Assembly (NCBI GenBank): GCA_051294905.1
Contig: CM119382.1
Span: 6,758,001-6,822,000 of the forward strand
Origin: Botryllus schlosseri
Lineage: Eukaryota
Reading direction: 5' to 3'
Length of the DNA: 64,000 nucleotides
Below are positions 13,351 to 27,700 of this stretch, piece after piece. The notes beneath the pieces were generated by a model. The model saw only the letters and a list, made by a program, of their open reading frames with translations. It was not told where the DNA came from and did not search any database. The position numbers and the translations under genes are program-made. Each line of letters starts with the position of its first letter. The stretch's first letter is position 1.

Positions 13351-14477
13351 CAGTGCTGCCACTCCTAGTGTTTTAACACTAGATGTAGTGTTTTTTCGGT
13401 CGTCTTAGTGTTCTAGTGTTTTTTTTCGCACAATTTTGCTAATCTAGTGTGTTTCTGCAATTGTGCGAACAAGGAATATTCTAACATTAGACTACTAAAT
13501 TTTACGCCAAATGTATCGCTCATAAGCCGATTTGGTGTCTCTGGCTGTGTTTGTTTTCAACAATTCTATGTGGTGGTGCAGTAGCAAGCAATCATTACGT
13601 AACAGGGTGCGCTCTGAATCCGTACTTATGAGCGAAAGTCTCGGAAAAAATGAGCGATTTCGCTCTAATGCTCTGTCGTTTCTTGTTGAACTCACTCTGC
13701 AGATTCGAGCAAGATTTTCATTTGCCGAGGACAGCATACTTTCGTACTTGGGTGTATTGAATCCGTTAACAGCCTTGTCAACACAAAGAAAAATAAAATC
13801 AATTGTTCCTCTAGCTGCGCAATTTCCCTCTGTGATATAATTTGATGATTTGTCGGAAGAATGGGCTGCTTTGGCAAGTTCGCAAAATGAGCTGCAGTCA
13901 GTGCCCTCCAACAGAATTTTGGCAAAAATTGAAATATGTGCGCAATGGATTCGGTGAATCAAAATTCCCTTTAGGCTACTGGGGAAGCTCATGACGAATC
14001 TCTTGGCATTGCCACATTCCGCTGCATGCATGGAAATGAAGTATGCTGCACGAGGACACCTCCCCGTTGTTTGGTTGAAGATATATGGTAGTGAGCAAGA
14101 TGCCACACATAAGATACTTATGTTTGATCAAAGGTGTACAATCGAAAGATAATTTTTATGATGCCGTACAATTCGAAAGCGACAATATTTGATTTTTTCT
14201 TACTCTGTTGAATTCGTTCCATTAATTTTCGTTGCAGTATAGCAATTCGTTTCATCAATTTTCGTTGAATAATCATGCAGTAGGCCTATATCATGCATAT
14301 GTATCGAATCCACGTGTGGGACACTTCTTATCTATGGATTTGTACCTTGGTCATCATGATTACTTGACAACGGCAAAGTTTTCCTGCAATTTACTAATCT
14401 AGTGTTTTTTTTGCCAATCTAGTGTTTTTTCGCGACACAATCTTGTGTTTTTCCAGTAACCTAGAGTGGCAACATTG
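13351..14477 (+). mobile_element. Internally deleted hAT transposon with transposase remnant
   Basis: TIR CAGTGCTGCCACTC/GAGTGGCAACATTG; TSD GCTATAAT (13343-13350, 14478-14485). The + strand carries ...QIRARFSF..SILSYLGVLNP...LAAQFP...LSEEW...LLALPHSAACME (hAT C-terminal dimerisation motif) with stops. Confidence 0.85.
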
Positions 14478-15858
14478 GCTATAATGTTAGGTCGGTGCAC
14501 TTGCGTGGCTATGTGTTGTAACCAGGATCGAAACAACATTTTTCAGGCCCAACCTGTCCAAATAAACACTGATCTTGATCTCACCATGGGGTAATCGATG
14601 CAACTTCTGGTACCTTACTATATACATCTGGTTTCTGTATGCACCTGGTCGGTAAATTTTGTGAATGAAATCGATTTATAATATTTAATAATTTATTTAA
14701 ATAATTTTGATCCTAATTTCTCCGCCCACATGATCATAGATAGCGGTAGAGCTGGTGGATGATGATGACTTCGAAAATACAGGGAACGGAATTATACATC
14801 GTTAAGTCACGTCATGTCACACGGATAAGACTATTCATGAGCCTAAATGCAGATCCGCACCAGCAGGTTGCACATCCGGTGGTTTTCAACTTTTTATGGT
14901 CGCGAGCTCGCGACTCCATTTCTATTTTGAAAATGCGTTTTGTAACCCAGCTCAGAATTTGATAAGCTTATTACTGAAAAACGACAAGCAACTTTTCCTA
15001 GACTTACTCACGGCCTATTTTGGAAGCTGATTACGTATTATAAATTCTCATATAATTGTGATTACAACAAGAGTTATTTCAGTAAATGATGGTTATTTTT
15101 AATAATTTTTGATTGTATGTTTTGCGAGGGTGATGGACCAGTGAATGTGACACTAAATCGCACAGAGCACGAAGAAACATTTCAAGTGACATAAATCTGC
15201 CCCAAAGTAATGTCGTTTCTGTTGAATTCAGATTATTGATAACTTTATCATTTCAAGATTTCGATTTTAAAAAACTACCTCAGGTGGTCATATGGACAGT
15301 ACAACCAACCACCCACCATATAGTTGTAGGAGTCAAGTTGTCTACTTTCTCAGGTGATGCGAGAGATCAACAAAGGTTGATGACGTCTCGCCGCAAACTT
15401 CAAAACCACTAGTTTGGCTTGTGTTTTGCACGTTACATCGCCACAGCGAAGAGCGGCGGGTGCGTTTTTCGGGAGCCTCACTCCATTGAAGTCAGATTTA
15501 CAAACATGAATAAAGTTAGCCTATTCTTTTGGGATCTGGTTTCGTATCACTATCGATAGTATCACATTAATAGCGGATTTTAGCACTCTTTGCACGCAGG
15601 CGACGAAAGAATAAGGTGCTGCATATCCATTATTGGTGGTAGGCAATATAGGTATTGACAAGAAACAACATTACAACGACATCAGCTAAAAATGTATGTA
15701 CTATGTGCAATATGTGCATGTGTTGTACAATTGTGCATTGCACTACCTAAACATATTGAGCGTTGCAACAAACAATTCATGCAAATCTGGGGTTTTCAAA
15801 TAGGAGTCCATTTGTTTAGTAATAAGATTCCCGAACAGGTCGCGAGTAACGTCTGGGC

Positions 15859-17390
15859 CAGTGGTTCTTAACCTTGCCCCCAGCGCCCCCCAGGGGGCGC
15901 TGGCGATGTTGAAGGGGGGCGGAAACGCTCAGGGGGCGATATGGGGGGCGCTGGGCTCAGGGGGGCGGTATGGGGGGCGCTGGAGAAAAATGGCTTCGCA
16001 GTAGATGATGTGGTGAAAGGACATATCCTTAATGAGTATTCAGAGCAAATTAACACCGAAAACTTCGTTACATATAGCCTTCAAAATACATATAGGTTTA
16101 ATTGTCCATGGGCGCCTAAATGACTGACACCGAATGTTCCTGTGTTGGAAATCTGAACCCCAGAAGACGAATTCCATCTGGCAGGGAAAAATTATATGTC
16201 AGTGAAGAAATACCAATCTGAAATCGTGTGCGTCTTTTAGTTTAGTACGATTGGGCGACAGGGATATTCCTGTTGGGCGATATCACCGTTGAGCGATTCT
16301 ATATTTTTTGATATTGCAGACAGGGGGTCACGAAATAACATCATGCAACGAGGTCATACCAATGGGTTCGCCTGCCCGAATATGTTTAATTATTGGTAAC
16401 GGGCCCTACAGTTTCCAAGAAACCTTACAATGTTCGCTTTAAGTTTTGATGAGTCTGCGCACACTCAACAACTCACTGCGCTGACCCTTGGACAACAGTG
16501 CGTAACGACTAAGAAAAGGTAATAACTCCGGATTTGTTGTGCGCAACGTAGATTTTCTGTGCGCAGAGACCGTGTCAGCACTGCGCACGTGCGCAGCTTA
16601 AAGGGAACATTGCACCTAACTCAGCTCTACCGGTAAATGTGTTTACGTGAGCAGAGAGAGGATAAAAATTGATCTCAATTTACATGCAATTCCCGATGAT
16701 ATTGACCAATTCAATCATTAATTAGTGAAATTTTTCGCACTTCGCGCGACTAGGCGAGAATAGCTGCCTCAGTAAATGTACACCCAATGTAGATACCTAA
16801 TAGGCTATCAGCAAATAGCGGACAGCCTAATGGGGGTCTGGGAGCGAAGTCCCCCGGAAGTTTGGTTTATCACCCGATGGGGGCCCAGGACCAACGTTTT
16901 ATGTTTAGGGAGGGGGGCTGACGAAGTGCTGTTACGGCCCTGGTAACGAATAATTGTACCTGCGGGAACGCCCGAATATGTTTAATTATTAATTACGTGC
17001 CCCTTATTTTCCTATACAACAGCTCACTCAGTGCTACTGGTAAATCTGATTACGTGGGCTGAGAGGATAAAAAGTTTATAGCGACTTATAAATGTAATTA
17101 CCATGCATTATAGCAAATTTTGGTACCTAGGGCGACCAGGCCACACAAACTTTGCTGACCATCAAAATCACGATATGGGGTTCGTGGGGGCGAAGCCCTC
17201 AGAAGTTCGGTTTATCACGCTATGGGTGCGCAAGGCAATCGTTTTTAGGGGGGTTGACGAAGTGCTGTTACGGCCCTCCCACTTACTCATTGTCTTTATT
17301 ACATTCCTTACAATATGAAGTTGAGGGGGGCGCTGGAGCACGATAATTTTTGAAAGGGGGCGCTGGACGAAAAAAGGTTAAGAACCACTG
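15859..17390. mobile_element. Non-autonomous hAT/Charlie element
   Basis: TIR CAGTGGTTCTTAACCT; TSD GTCTGGGC (15851-15858, 17391-17398); inverted relative at 40138-41955. Confidence 0.9.
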
Positions 17391-17885
17391 GTCTGGGCGA
17401 AGGCGCTGAGTTTTTTAAGAAACCAGCTTCCCTACCCTAATATAGGTCGTAAGTGAGTAGCTCAGAACGAAGGCACTTAACTTTTCTGCAGTAATCAGCT
17501 TGCCAAATTTAGAGGTGGGCCACGGAATATCTTCAAACCGGAAATTGAGCCACGACTATAATAATATAAGTTGAAACCACGTACCACACCGTCAGTGTAT
17601 GAATTCGATAACGCACCGTTTCCTTGCAACGAGAATATGCATGACTCAAAGTCCTTCACTGAGCAGACATTGTACAGTACATAGCAACGCGGATTTCATA
17701 TTAATTGGAGTTTTTGAGGGGATTCCGGTGCTTCGCCTATATAGCCTAATATACCGATTGCATTTAATTGTTACCAGCTATATATTGACACTGCGAACAA
17801 ACAGGTGCTATCTTCGTACACCTCATCAATGTAATTGTACCTACAATGTAGCCTACATACCACAAGTTGGCCCGTTTCCTATACC

Positions 17886-18194
17886 CAGTGGTGGCTTTTG
17901 GGGTGGGCGAGGTGGGCAGTCGCCCGGGGCTCCCTATTTGGATTTTGCGATTTTTTCAAGGAGAATGACGAATAAACATGGAAATCCGTGCACCAAGCAA
18001 GAATATGATTCCGTACAGATGTGTCAATCATCATCAAATCACTGCATTTGTTAGAAAAGTCCCGTATTCCGATAATCATCACGTCTCTGCATGCGGTAGA
18101 ATTAATTAGTTTTGATGTAGTCTATCCTTGCACACATGCAAAATGTTACGGATAGATACTTATAGGGGACCCCCCGTTCGCAGGGCCACCACTG
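17886..18194. mobile_element. hAT MITE
   Basis: TIR CAGTGGTGGC/GCCACCACTG; TSD CCTATACC (17878-17885, 18195-18202). Confidence 0.85.
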
Positions 18195-19727
18195 CCTATA
18201 CCTCCTTCTTTCGCCCTATTTGTGAACAATAATATGTAAATTGCGTAATTTTAAATAGGAATATGTTCTCTAAGATCATTCATTAGGCTAGTCATAAATA
18301 ATCACAATCACAAGGTTTTCGCTATTTTCTTTTATGCCTCCGCTGACCACAAGTCCCTGAATCGTTGTTTGCGGTACTCCTGGTGTTCGTCGACTACTGT
18401 TGGTCATTTACACCGCGCCAATTTCCTTCGTTTTTCTTCTGTAGTTGCCGACCTGTAACACGGCCACTTCTAGGCTTTATAAGACACCGCTTACACGGAT
18501 GAGGTGGCGAGGAGCCGAGATGAACCTCCAACACGCAGGCAGGAATTATGGAGTCGACCTCGGTCGGAGTCGAACGCGCGCAATCCATTGGTGTCGCACC
18601 TGTGGATTATACCACCACACCATATCGCCCCCTGCTCCCTGGATCGTAAGGATTCAACTTTGTACCATGTCAGTTGTAAAAAACATAACACAGCTCCGAC
18701 TACTGGAGGCATCTCTCCGGCACCAATGGCATAAGTACATATAGAATATTGAAGAAAACTCTGCTAGTATTTCTCTCTACTTGGCACTATTTCACGAAAG
18801 AATTGACACCGAAAGCCACCAGTATCGACGCCGCAATAAATTTGATGTTTTTAATTGAAAGGTATCAAAATTTTGATGTAAAAAAATTGCTCACTGCTCA
18901 GGCAAACGCATGCATCCACAATTTTCAACTGTGAAGCATCGGTCTGGTTAATTATTATTGCTATTGGCACGCAAGATTATGCTGAATAGAAATCTATATA
19001 AAATTGTAGGCAAGAATATATAAAATAAGATTACGAATTTAAAATCTATAAGAACTGAGGATCAAATTGCAGTCTAAGAAATTTACAAACATACTGTGTA
19101 AGAAACAGGAACTTTTCCGCATCTTAGGACGATAGTTGACGTACTACGCATTACACAATACTGAAGAAGCGAAAAATCAGATCAGGCAAATTCAAAATCT
19201 AGGCACTAGGTAACTGCGACTAAAAATGATGACGAGAGGCATTCAGATTTGGTTCGATTCACAATCAGTCACTTGTGGGTCAGAGTTCTGTCAAACAGCC
19301 AGGCCTAGAATGCCATAATGAGCGCCAAGATTAAAGACAAGAAATATAGTTGGTCCGCTATGAATTGTGAAATATAACTAAAAGGAAGCGGAGAACAGGT
19401 TAGAATCTAGGTTAAAATCATATTAGCTAATAGGAAACAACGAACTTTCAAGATTAATATCAGAAATGACATCGAGCCACATCATACGTACACCTCGTAG
19501 ATAACCAGCAGCCAACTCCAATTATATAAGTGTGAAAGAAGGCAGCACATCCGAGAAGCATTACTATGACAGGTTGCTATACTACCCATATCAGTAAAAA
19601 TAAGAAAGTTCAAGAAAATCAAGAACTGTGCTGCGATTTATCAACAAAACTGGTTAGTAATAGGATGGATGGCATGTTGCACATGCACACGCATCACTCC
19701 AGCGACAAGCTTGCATACCTCATGTAG

Positions 19728-22700
19728 TTACGGCGCGTGCCGTTCAATATGGACATTATATTGGTTAGTAGAATACGATTCAAAACCGCAATAAGGACAC
19801 GTCAAGTTTGTAACATATCCTCTGAAACCGTGGCGAGAAGTGGTCGGAGTGTCGGCGGATTCCAGGTCTTCATCGGAGTCGGATAAAACCACTGCATCGC
19901 TCGACTCGGTGGGTGAACTTTTCAGCTCTGGTCGTATTGAAACAAATCTGAGCGCATTGTTGTTAATACGAGCTATATTGGGATGAACTTAGAAATCATC
20001 CAAATCTAGCATACTGTAACTTAGCATATACATTACAATATAGTAACAATCGCGTTCAAATAGACAATTACAAAAGTTGTTTGGCGCCACACGGTATTAT
20101 ACTGGCCTTAAAGCTCATTTATTTTCATGGCTAATTATATTAGCCATTATATTACCGTCGAAAAATACGGCGAGACTTTCAACAATTTGGGCAGCACACC
20201 AGTATCTCCCACAAAATGAGAAAACACCTATTGACAGAAAGGACTTGTCATTGAAAGATAAGTGCTAGTTGAGAATTGTAAAGTTTAGTCATATCCGATA
20301 TACGAAGACTTCGACCTTGCCAAAGACCTTACCTGTTTTTCGACATTTTAAATCCGCTTCTAGCTCGGGAACTGCCAACTTCAGGTTTTTCACAATCTGT
20401 TGGTACATACAGTACAGTTACAGCTTAAGTTCAAGAAATCGAAAGGCTGTTTCAAGACTACAAGATTGACAATTAGAAATAATGTGGTGCGTTTTCAAAA
20501 CTACTGTTTGATTGAAACCGAAAGTATTAGTTTCTTACTCAGTTGCAGTTTGATCGTACATAAATGAAGGTTGTACGGGATACATTTTCAAATCACTGCC
20601 ACTAATTAGAAGTTCGGGATGAACAATTGAGAAAGATCTGATGAGACCTTATGAAAATTCGCGAGATGACCGTCCAAAGACTCCAAATCGTCGCAGGTGT
20701 AATCGCAAAACTTGCACGATAATTGCGGCGTCGACAACTCCTTTTTGATGTGGAGCAAGATGTCGTCCGTGCTATCGTCCAACGACCTACAACACAAAGC
20801 AAGGTAACACGCCTCAAATCGAACATCAGGCTTCAGAGAGATAACTCAAGCAGAACAGACTTCAAATTAAAGTGAAGCCTACTGCATGCACCAGTAAAGA
20901 AATACCTGTAACATGTCAAATAATTATCATATTACTAATTGTGTCTATAGATAAAACCATGTTAGAGAATTAGAGATACCCGTTTATAGTTTTAGTCCTG
21001 ACAATGTATATTGCACTGGTACTTAACCTTTACTAACCTGGGGAACGCTTATATGCTAATTGGCAAATTTTCACCCAGCCATAAAAACAAAAATCCACCC
21101 TAATACACACAGTCTAATGCATTAGGCTACTATAGTTTACAGATGCACAAAATGATCTGTGCATCAACATAGTGTTAAAAGCCTTTTAAAATTTACTTTT
21201 TGTGCAGAACGAAAACATTAGAATGAACAATTTAACATTTATGGCAAATCAGTGTTGTTGGGAGAACAAAATAACCCACTTCGCCATGTACACGCACGAC
21301 TGCGCGTTCACTACGTAAGTCGATTGTATAAATATAAATATTATCATGAACGTTACACATGTCAACTCGATAACCGCGTATCGACAATATTGAAACATGG
21401 GTTCACTTTTCAGGGGGCTTCTTCCTATTTGTGTCAATGTCACAAATGCCGAATAGTTAATATCTCTGTTACTAACTGTAATGAAGGACTCATCCCACGA
21501 AAATAGGGATAGAAGTAGATCAAACTTACGGTGGAGAATATTTGGTTTCCGAGCAGCTGGAGCCGTGAAGAGATGGACGAGGACTTGCTTGATTAGGTAT
21601 CAAGCGGTTTCCACTGCGAATAGTTTTTCGAGCGCTCAGAGCGGGTCCTTTCACACGGACCCACTCAAAATCCCCGGTATCCTAAATAGAAGCGTCAAAA
21701 ACGTTCGCGCTACGAACAGACATCAATTCAATGCAAACTGTTCATAACGAGAAGAAATGGTCACTTACCGCAACATCAGATTCAAATTCGTGCGAGCCAG
21801 CGCTGCAAGATACACCGTATGGTTAGATCAGGCAAGAAAAACAACCCTTTAAATGAGGATTTTCGTATAATAAAGTATGGTTTTGAAGTTGAGTATTATA
21901 CACAACCGACGCAGCATAAGAATCGGGGTTGCAGATTGCAATGAATTGAGTCATGACCAGACTCGAGCCATATTATTGAAGACGGAAAACGACTCATTTT
22001 GAGTCACGTTGTGAATTGACTCGACTTGTCATTTCGCATGACTCATAACAAATCGGGCAGGATACTGTCTTTAATCTGTTTGAATAATCCCGTTAGGAGT
22101 GAAGGTCAAGGTTGTCATCGTTTGCACCCAAGTAGCGGTAACGGCTCCCATTAAGTAGAAAGAATTATTCTAGGCTTAGTGTGGCAAAATAAAACTGAAA
22201 CTCTGAAGGAAAAGTAGTCCAAAGTTTTTAAATGATTGAGGAAGTAGTGCAACTGGGCAAAATCTACCGAGTAGGCTACTTTGACAAAGTAGAAGTACTT
22301 ATTTACTGATGATCTCCGGATAAGGATAAGACAAATGACTATGTCATGCATGTGGGGGATTTGTTTCACGTCAGCAGAGTTACAAAACATGAGTTGAACA
22401 GGACTTACACTCGAGACTCAACAGTAATAAACACTAAACAGCATGAATTGGTCTCGGTCTCCATTCTCAACACTTGATGGCGAATTGAAAATGACTAGAC
22501 TTGACTCGATTTGAAACTATCAAAGTAAGATTGACTTGTGACTTGGTTACAACCATGATAAGAATTAGTCTTGACAGTTGAATCCAGGGTTGTATTGACT
22601 CGACTCCAGTCATGACTTTTTGGTGACTTTACTCGAGTCAATTTTTGTATTGGCTCATTGTGCAATGTGCATGACTCATACTAAGTCATATGACTCGAGA

Positions 22701-23458
22701 GTGGCACGGACAAGACAGACTTCGAAGAATAGTAAAGTATCCACATCATTGGTATTTCGTCTATCAGTCCTGATACTTGGAAAATAGGGCCAGAAACTGT
22801 TAGGACCAAGGAAAAGTACTATATTATGAATGCGAGCCATTCTATATCACTAGAGCAGAGTTGAGAAAGTGGATTGAGCCGGAATGAACAGAAAACTGAA
22901 CAGTGAACATAATGACTTGGACTAAGACTCCAGTAAAAACACTATGACTCGGACCCGACTCTCTACTAGCTGACTTGGACTTGACTCGAGTCAAAACTAT
23001 AAAAGTGATTCGATTGACTTGTGACTCGAAACCTTATGACTTGGTTACAACCCTGGTTGAATCAGACACCTTAGTTAGTTTGACCAGATCAGAAAGCCGT
23101 GGTCGTATCCACATTCCATGAAAACGCACAACAGAGAACTGATAAATGCCAGCAATATTCCGGCTAGAAGCAAAAATCGGTAGATAAATTCACACCTGTC
23201 CGCAAAGCTAGAGTGCACGTCCACGTGATCGACAATTTCTTCCTCTACCATCGTGAAGAAGTCACAATGCTTGCATAGCAGCATCTGAACGGGCAATATT
23301 GTTTGTATAATTCACAAAGTCGCAGGACCCAATACGTTCGGTTTGTGTCATACTCTACTTCCAGGATGTTTTTCAAGAGAATGTTGGTGCAAATCTTCAA
23401 GAGAATTGAAGGCGTCGACGCATTGACAGCAGCACCAGTGGTGTTTGTGGAATATGCT
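19728..23458 (-). CDS. Putative downstream exons of the zinc-finger gene
   Basis: Phase-compatible exons 23458-23354 (CCQCVDAFNSLEDLHQHSLEKH), 23284-23196 (CKHCDFFTMVEEEIVDHVDVH), 21802-21769, 21681-21530 and one starting at 20786 (CKFCDYTCDDLESLDGHLANFH). A terminal exon encodes CPYCGFESYSTNQYNVHIERH with TAA at 19730-19728. Some junctions (24.3-23.5 kb and 20.6-20.0 kb) are unresolved. Confidence 0.6.
21924..22557. mobile_element. GACTC-rich hAT MITE (intronic)
   Basis: TIR CGGGGTTGCA/TTACAACCATG; TSD ATAAGAAT on both sides. Confidence 0.8.
22585..23055. mobile_element. GACTC-rich hAT MITE (intronic)
   Basis: TIR CAGGGTTGTA/TACAACCCTG; TSD GTTGAATC (22577-22584, 23056-23063). Confidence 0.9.
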
Positions 23459-24719
23459 CTGAAGAAACGTAAAGAGTACATCCACACGCTACTTTGTTCA
23501 AAGTTTCAAATTCTCCGATACATAACCACAAATATTACAATATCCCGTCATATATTGCAAGATACGAACAACAAAATTGAGCACCCTTGCTGTTTGAGGC
23601 TATGTATACATTCTACAAGCAAGGGATTAAATTACCTCTAGCATTGTTTACATTTGGCCACACCATACAAATGGCAATTAAGCACAGTCGGTGACATTGT
23701 TAGCAAACACAAGATTTGAACTCTTTCTATTAATACCACCTGAAAAGGTGACAAGTCAGCATCGTAGAGTATTGCCACTGGGGAAACGTGGGAAATAATT
23801 TACAACTGGAACGGAGATAAGCTATCAAGCACCAGCAGTTTTATATGAATGTGCTCACACAGCTATCGGAGTATGACGAGGTAGATAAGCAAATGTGGAT
23901 CAAACTAAATCAATAAAAGTATTGGCTTGCTGCAATGGAAGCCGTTAAATAAGAAACCCAAAAGTTCGCACAAGCAGAGAAAACCTACTAGTACTTCTCA
24001 TGCTGCGTGAAAGCTGAAAATTAGTGCCTGCCCCAACATATTGGCGATCCAGGCCAGTGCAAATGATATCGACTATCAAAGGATAACATTTATCGGCCAG
24101 TCCAAGGATGTCATCACTCCTCTAACTGTTTCAAATGAGAGAGTCATCAGCAATGTCTGAGTGGTGGGCCTATTGGAGTACGGTAGTTCAGTTTTCGGCA
24201 GAGAAGCTGTTTCCGGAACTACAACATACGCCTGCTTGAATGGAAGCACTAGTTCCTTGCCCTGTCAAGTTTGACACTCATATACACATCAAACCGACAT
24301 ATTAAAAGTAGCTACTAGCCCAGCGGTTCTACATCTGGGGTCCATGGACCCCTAGGGGGTTCGCGGACTACTTACAAGGGCCATGAAAGGCTTATGTTGA
24401 AACTACATCTATGCAACTAAATTGTCCATACTTATAAGATCCGTCTAACCTACATCCTTATTTTGTCTTATTTTCGGCGCTAACCACACGTCATACAATA
24501 GTCGCACTACCGATACCAACACTAATAATTGCACTCCAATTGGTAACCAGGCAGTGACAGTGGGCTGGACAAAATTGACGGCATTTTTACAGTCATCACA
24601 AAAGACTTAGGGGTCCGCGGTAAGTACTCCTGTACTAATAGAAAAATGACACATTTATACCAGCATAATATATTGGCTCAAAATTCTGACTTCGATCAGT
24701 GTCCAGCTATCAAACATAC

Positions 24720-27700
24720 CTTGGGATTATTCCTATCCTTCAAGCCAGAAAAGCTTTCTCTAGCCGTACTCATGCCAGATGTCCCGCACAACTGCAGAAC
24801 GCGATTCGACACACGCCGCACTGCGCCCAAATCCTCGTGCCGTGCCTGACAGTGACTCAGGAAAGCGGCGGGGCATGAAAACCCAGCCTTGCACAGCGAA
24901 CACAGGTACGGGCGTTGCGCGCCACAATCCCGAATCACGCATGGCTCAGTTCCGCAACCGCACTCTCGCGACTGGACGAAAGAAATTTCGGGAGATGCTT
25001 CAGATTTTTCTAAATCTCTATAACACGATTTCGCAGTGAATTCGAGATCGTTGTCAGAAGAATCCGAGCTGTACGCGTTCGGAACTGCTTGTGTGCGACT
25101 CCTCAACGATGGGCTAGATATCAAATTCTGTCTATCTGACTCCATACCACGAGTACGCATGGTCACTCCAGACTCCGTATGAGCATGCACCTTCGCTCTA
25201 GACTCGATATATGCACGCTTCATCGCTCTAGACTGGACATGAGCACGCTTTGACGCTCCAAACTTGATATGAGAACCATTCTCAAACTGGCTGTTTTCAG
25301 TCGCGGACATAACATGCTTTACATTGAGATGATTCAATACCATTAACTTTGTCGAACTCATAAACCCACACCACAAGCAGACATAATTCCCGTCTTCGCC
25401 ACGACCGATATCCTCCAGCAAAAAATTGAGAACTGTCCCCACGTCCAACTCGACACCGTGGATGTGCTTGTGATGCCACACGCAGCGGGACCGGTCCGCA
25501 AAAGTAGCGTCACATCCAAAGCATCTGACGCCTAGCGAGACGCCGTGATCGCGGGCGATATGTCTTTCAAATTCTTCACGTTGGACCGAGCCTTCCAAGC
25601 AGAACTTGCAAATGACGAAGCACTTTCCGGGTTCCTCCTGTACTTCCGCCGGTTCGGTCTTTACACTTTCAACGCCATTGCTCGAGGACAGCACTTTTAA
25701 ATCCATATTTACCCGAAGAGAATCAGTTGCGCAGTCATCAGGAGATAACGTCAACACAGTAGAGTCATTTTCCAACTTCAGTTTGCGAACTTTGAGAAAA
25801 CAACCTTCACCAGGCTTGCTTGGTGTCACCGGCTCGCCCTTGCAAACGTTCACAGATTCGATATCCTCTCCGGTATTAAAATGATTGAAACCGGTAACAC
25901 GAGGTGCATTCCCCGCCTCGGAATCTACACCTGCACGTGAGCACCTGTTTTGGCTTGAAATATTCACTCCGTTACTCACATGCTTGTAGATCTTCTTATT
26001 CAAAGCGTTATCGTTCTTCAGATCGTAAAGAGCGACGACAGGACTTCGCTTTTTCGCGTCCTCGTTCGAAGACGAGTCTGCGGAAGCACCTCTTACATTT
26101 TTTATCGTTATTTTTTCCTCCGCGCTATCACAACGATAAGATTCTTCGGACGAGGCATAGTTTTGATTTTCAGAACTCTGTGAATCAGGAGAATAATTGA
26201 GCTCATCAGTGGAAGCGGGCAAATTTGGAATTACAAAATTTGTATCACCGACATCCCAAAATCCGTACCGCAACGTGTGCGGTTCCAAATCATACACATT
26301 GAAGGGAATAGTGTTACCACAATGATGCTGTACCACATGCCGCCAGATAGTGCTGTCGGGTGTACGCCTTTTGAAAACTTGCGAGCAATCCACGCAGGTG
26401 GAATATCGTACTCTCTTTTCGTTTGATTCCGGCTTCGCGCTCAAGCAACGATCACAATGACTTGTAATTTCACGCAGAGATACCATTTCCGAGCAGCAAA
26501 GCAAACACGAGTAGAGGTTATCGGCGGATGAGTAGGTAAAAGTAGTTGATTCAGCCGCATGCCGCTTTTGATAATGTGCGATCAAGTCCATGTCGTCAGA
26601 AGGGGTGTATTTGCAGATACAGCATCTCATATCCTCGTACTTTATTTGGGCAGCTTCGATTAAACTGGACCAATCTATTTTACCAATGTTATGCTTGTCG
26701 AGGTAGTGCCACTGCAACGCGTCTAGATTCCCGACAAAATCGCAATGATCACAAGTTTTCATCTCCTCCATACTGATAAGGACCATTTCGGATTGATAAC
26801 TGTGCTGACTGTGTACTTCTCTGTAGTGCATGGCCATTGCTACTCCAGTGAAAACAACTCGGTAACATATAGAGCATTGAAGAAAGGAAGAATAGGTAGA
26901 GTCCGACGGAGATGCACGACTCCTTTGGACGTTATGTAAAGAGAATTGCGTATGACTGTGTTCGACTTTATGATGTGCCAACATCTGCGCGAGCCAATCA
27001 CATTTAAATCCACAAATTCTACATCTGTATTGGTGGCACTGTAAAATCCCATGGTTGTCAATCAACCACCCCCCGTCTTCGGCCTCAATGTATTTGGCGG
27101 TGGACGGCGATACAAGAATAGTTTTGACGTGGATCTGAAACTTCCCCAACAAAAACAACGCAAACTTTTTAGGATAGCAGCCGTCGTGATATTGTTTATA
27201 ATGATTCAATAACGATAACAGATTCACCGAGGAGAAATCACACGCAACACATGGAATGTGATATGTACTAATGTGACATTCGGACGCGTTGCCGAAATAA
27301 TTCAACACGGATAGAAGCGATGCATCAACTTTGTCCAGGTAATCGTGCAACGAGTCGCGGTCGTCGGTTTTGGTACGTTTGCGTCTTTTGATACGGAGCA
27401 CGGAAGGTGAATCGGGCGTGTGCGAGGAATCATCTAAATCTGTGAGATGAGATTCAGTGTAATGCTCATGTAATCCTAGTTGAGTGGGGCACGTCCAATC
27501 GCACATCTGACACTTGAAGTTCTCGGCGACATCATCTATTCCCGTCCCATCTCGCGGATGCTGCGATTCGTAATGTTCCACCAAAGAACGGCTGTCCAAA
27601 AACAGCTTTTTACACACCACACACGACATTTTTTGCATCTGTAAAACAGCCGAGCTAGGATGATATACTGACAGCAGCCTGCGGGCCTTGACTTTACTTT

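Noticed and set aside
13495-14106. 203-aa minus-strand ORF as a gene
   Set aside because: It is the antisense shadow of a plus-strand hAT transposase remnant inside a TSD-bounded element.
11252-14477. TE targeting to the tRNA-Pro gene
   Set aside because: TE density here is not clearly above the rest of the window, and the families involved are not known Pol III-targeting elements.
18394-18744. GC-richer stretch with several short ORFs (including YLCHWC)
   Set aside because: I found no single open frame or consistent splice model; it may be zinc-finger 3'UTR or an unresolved exon.
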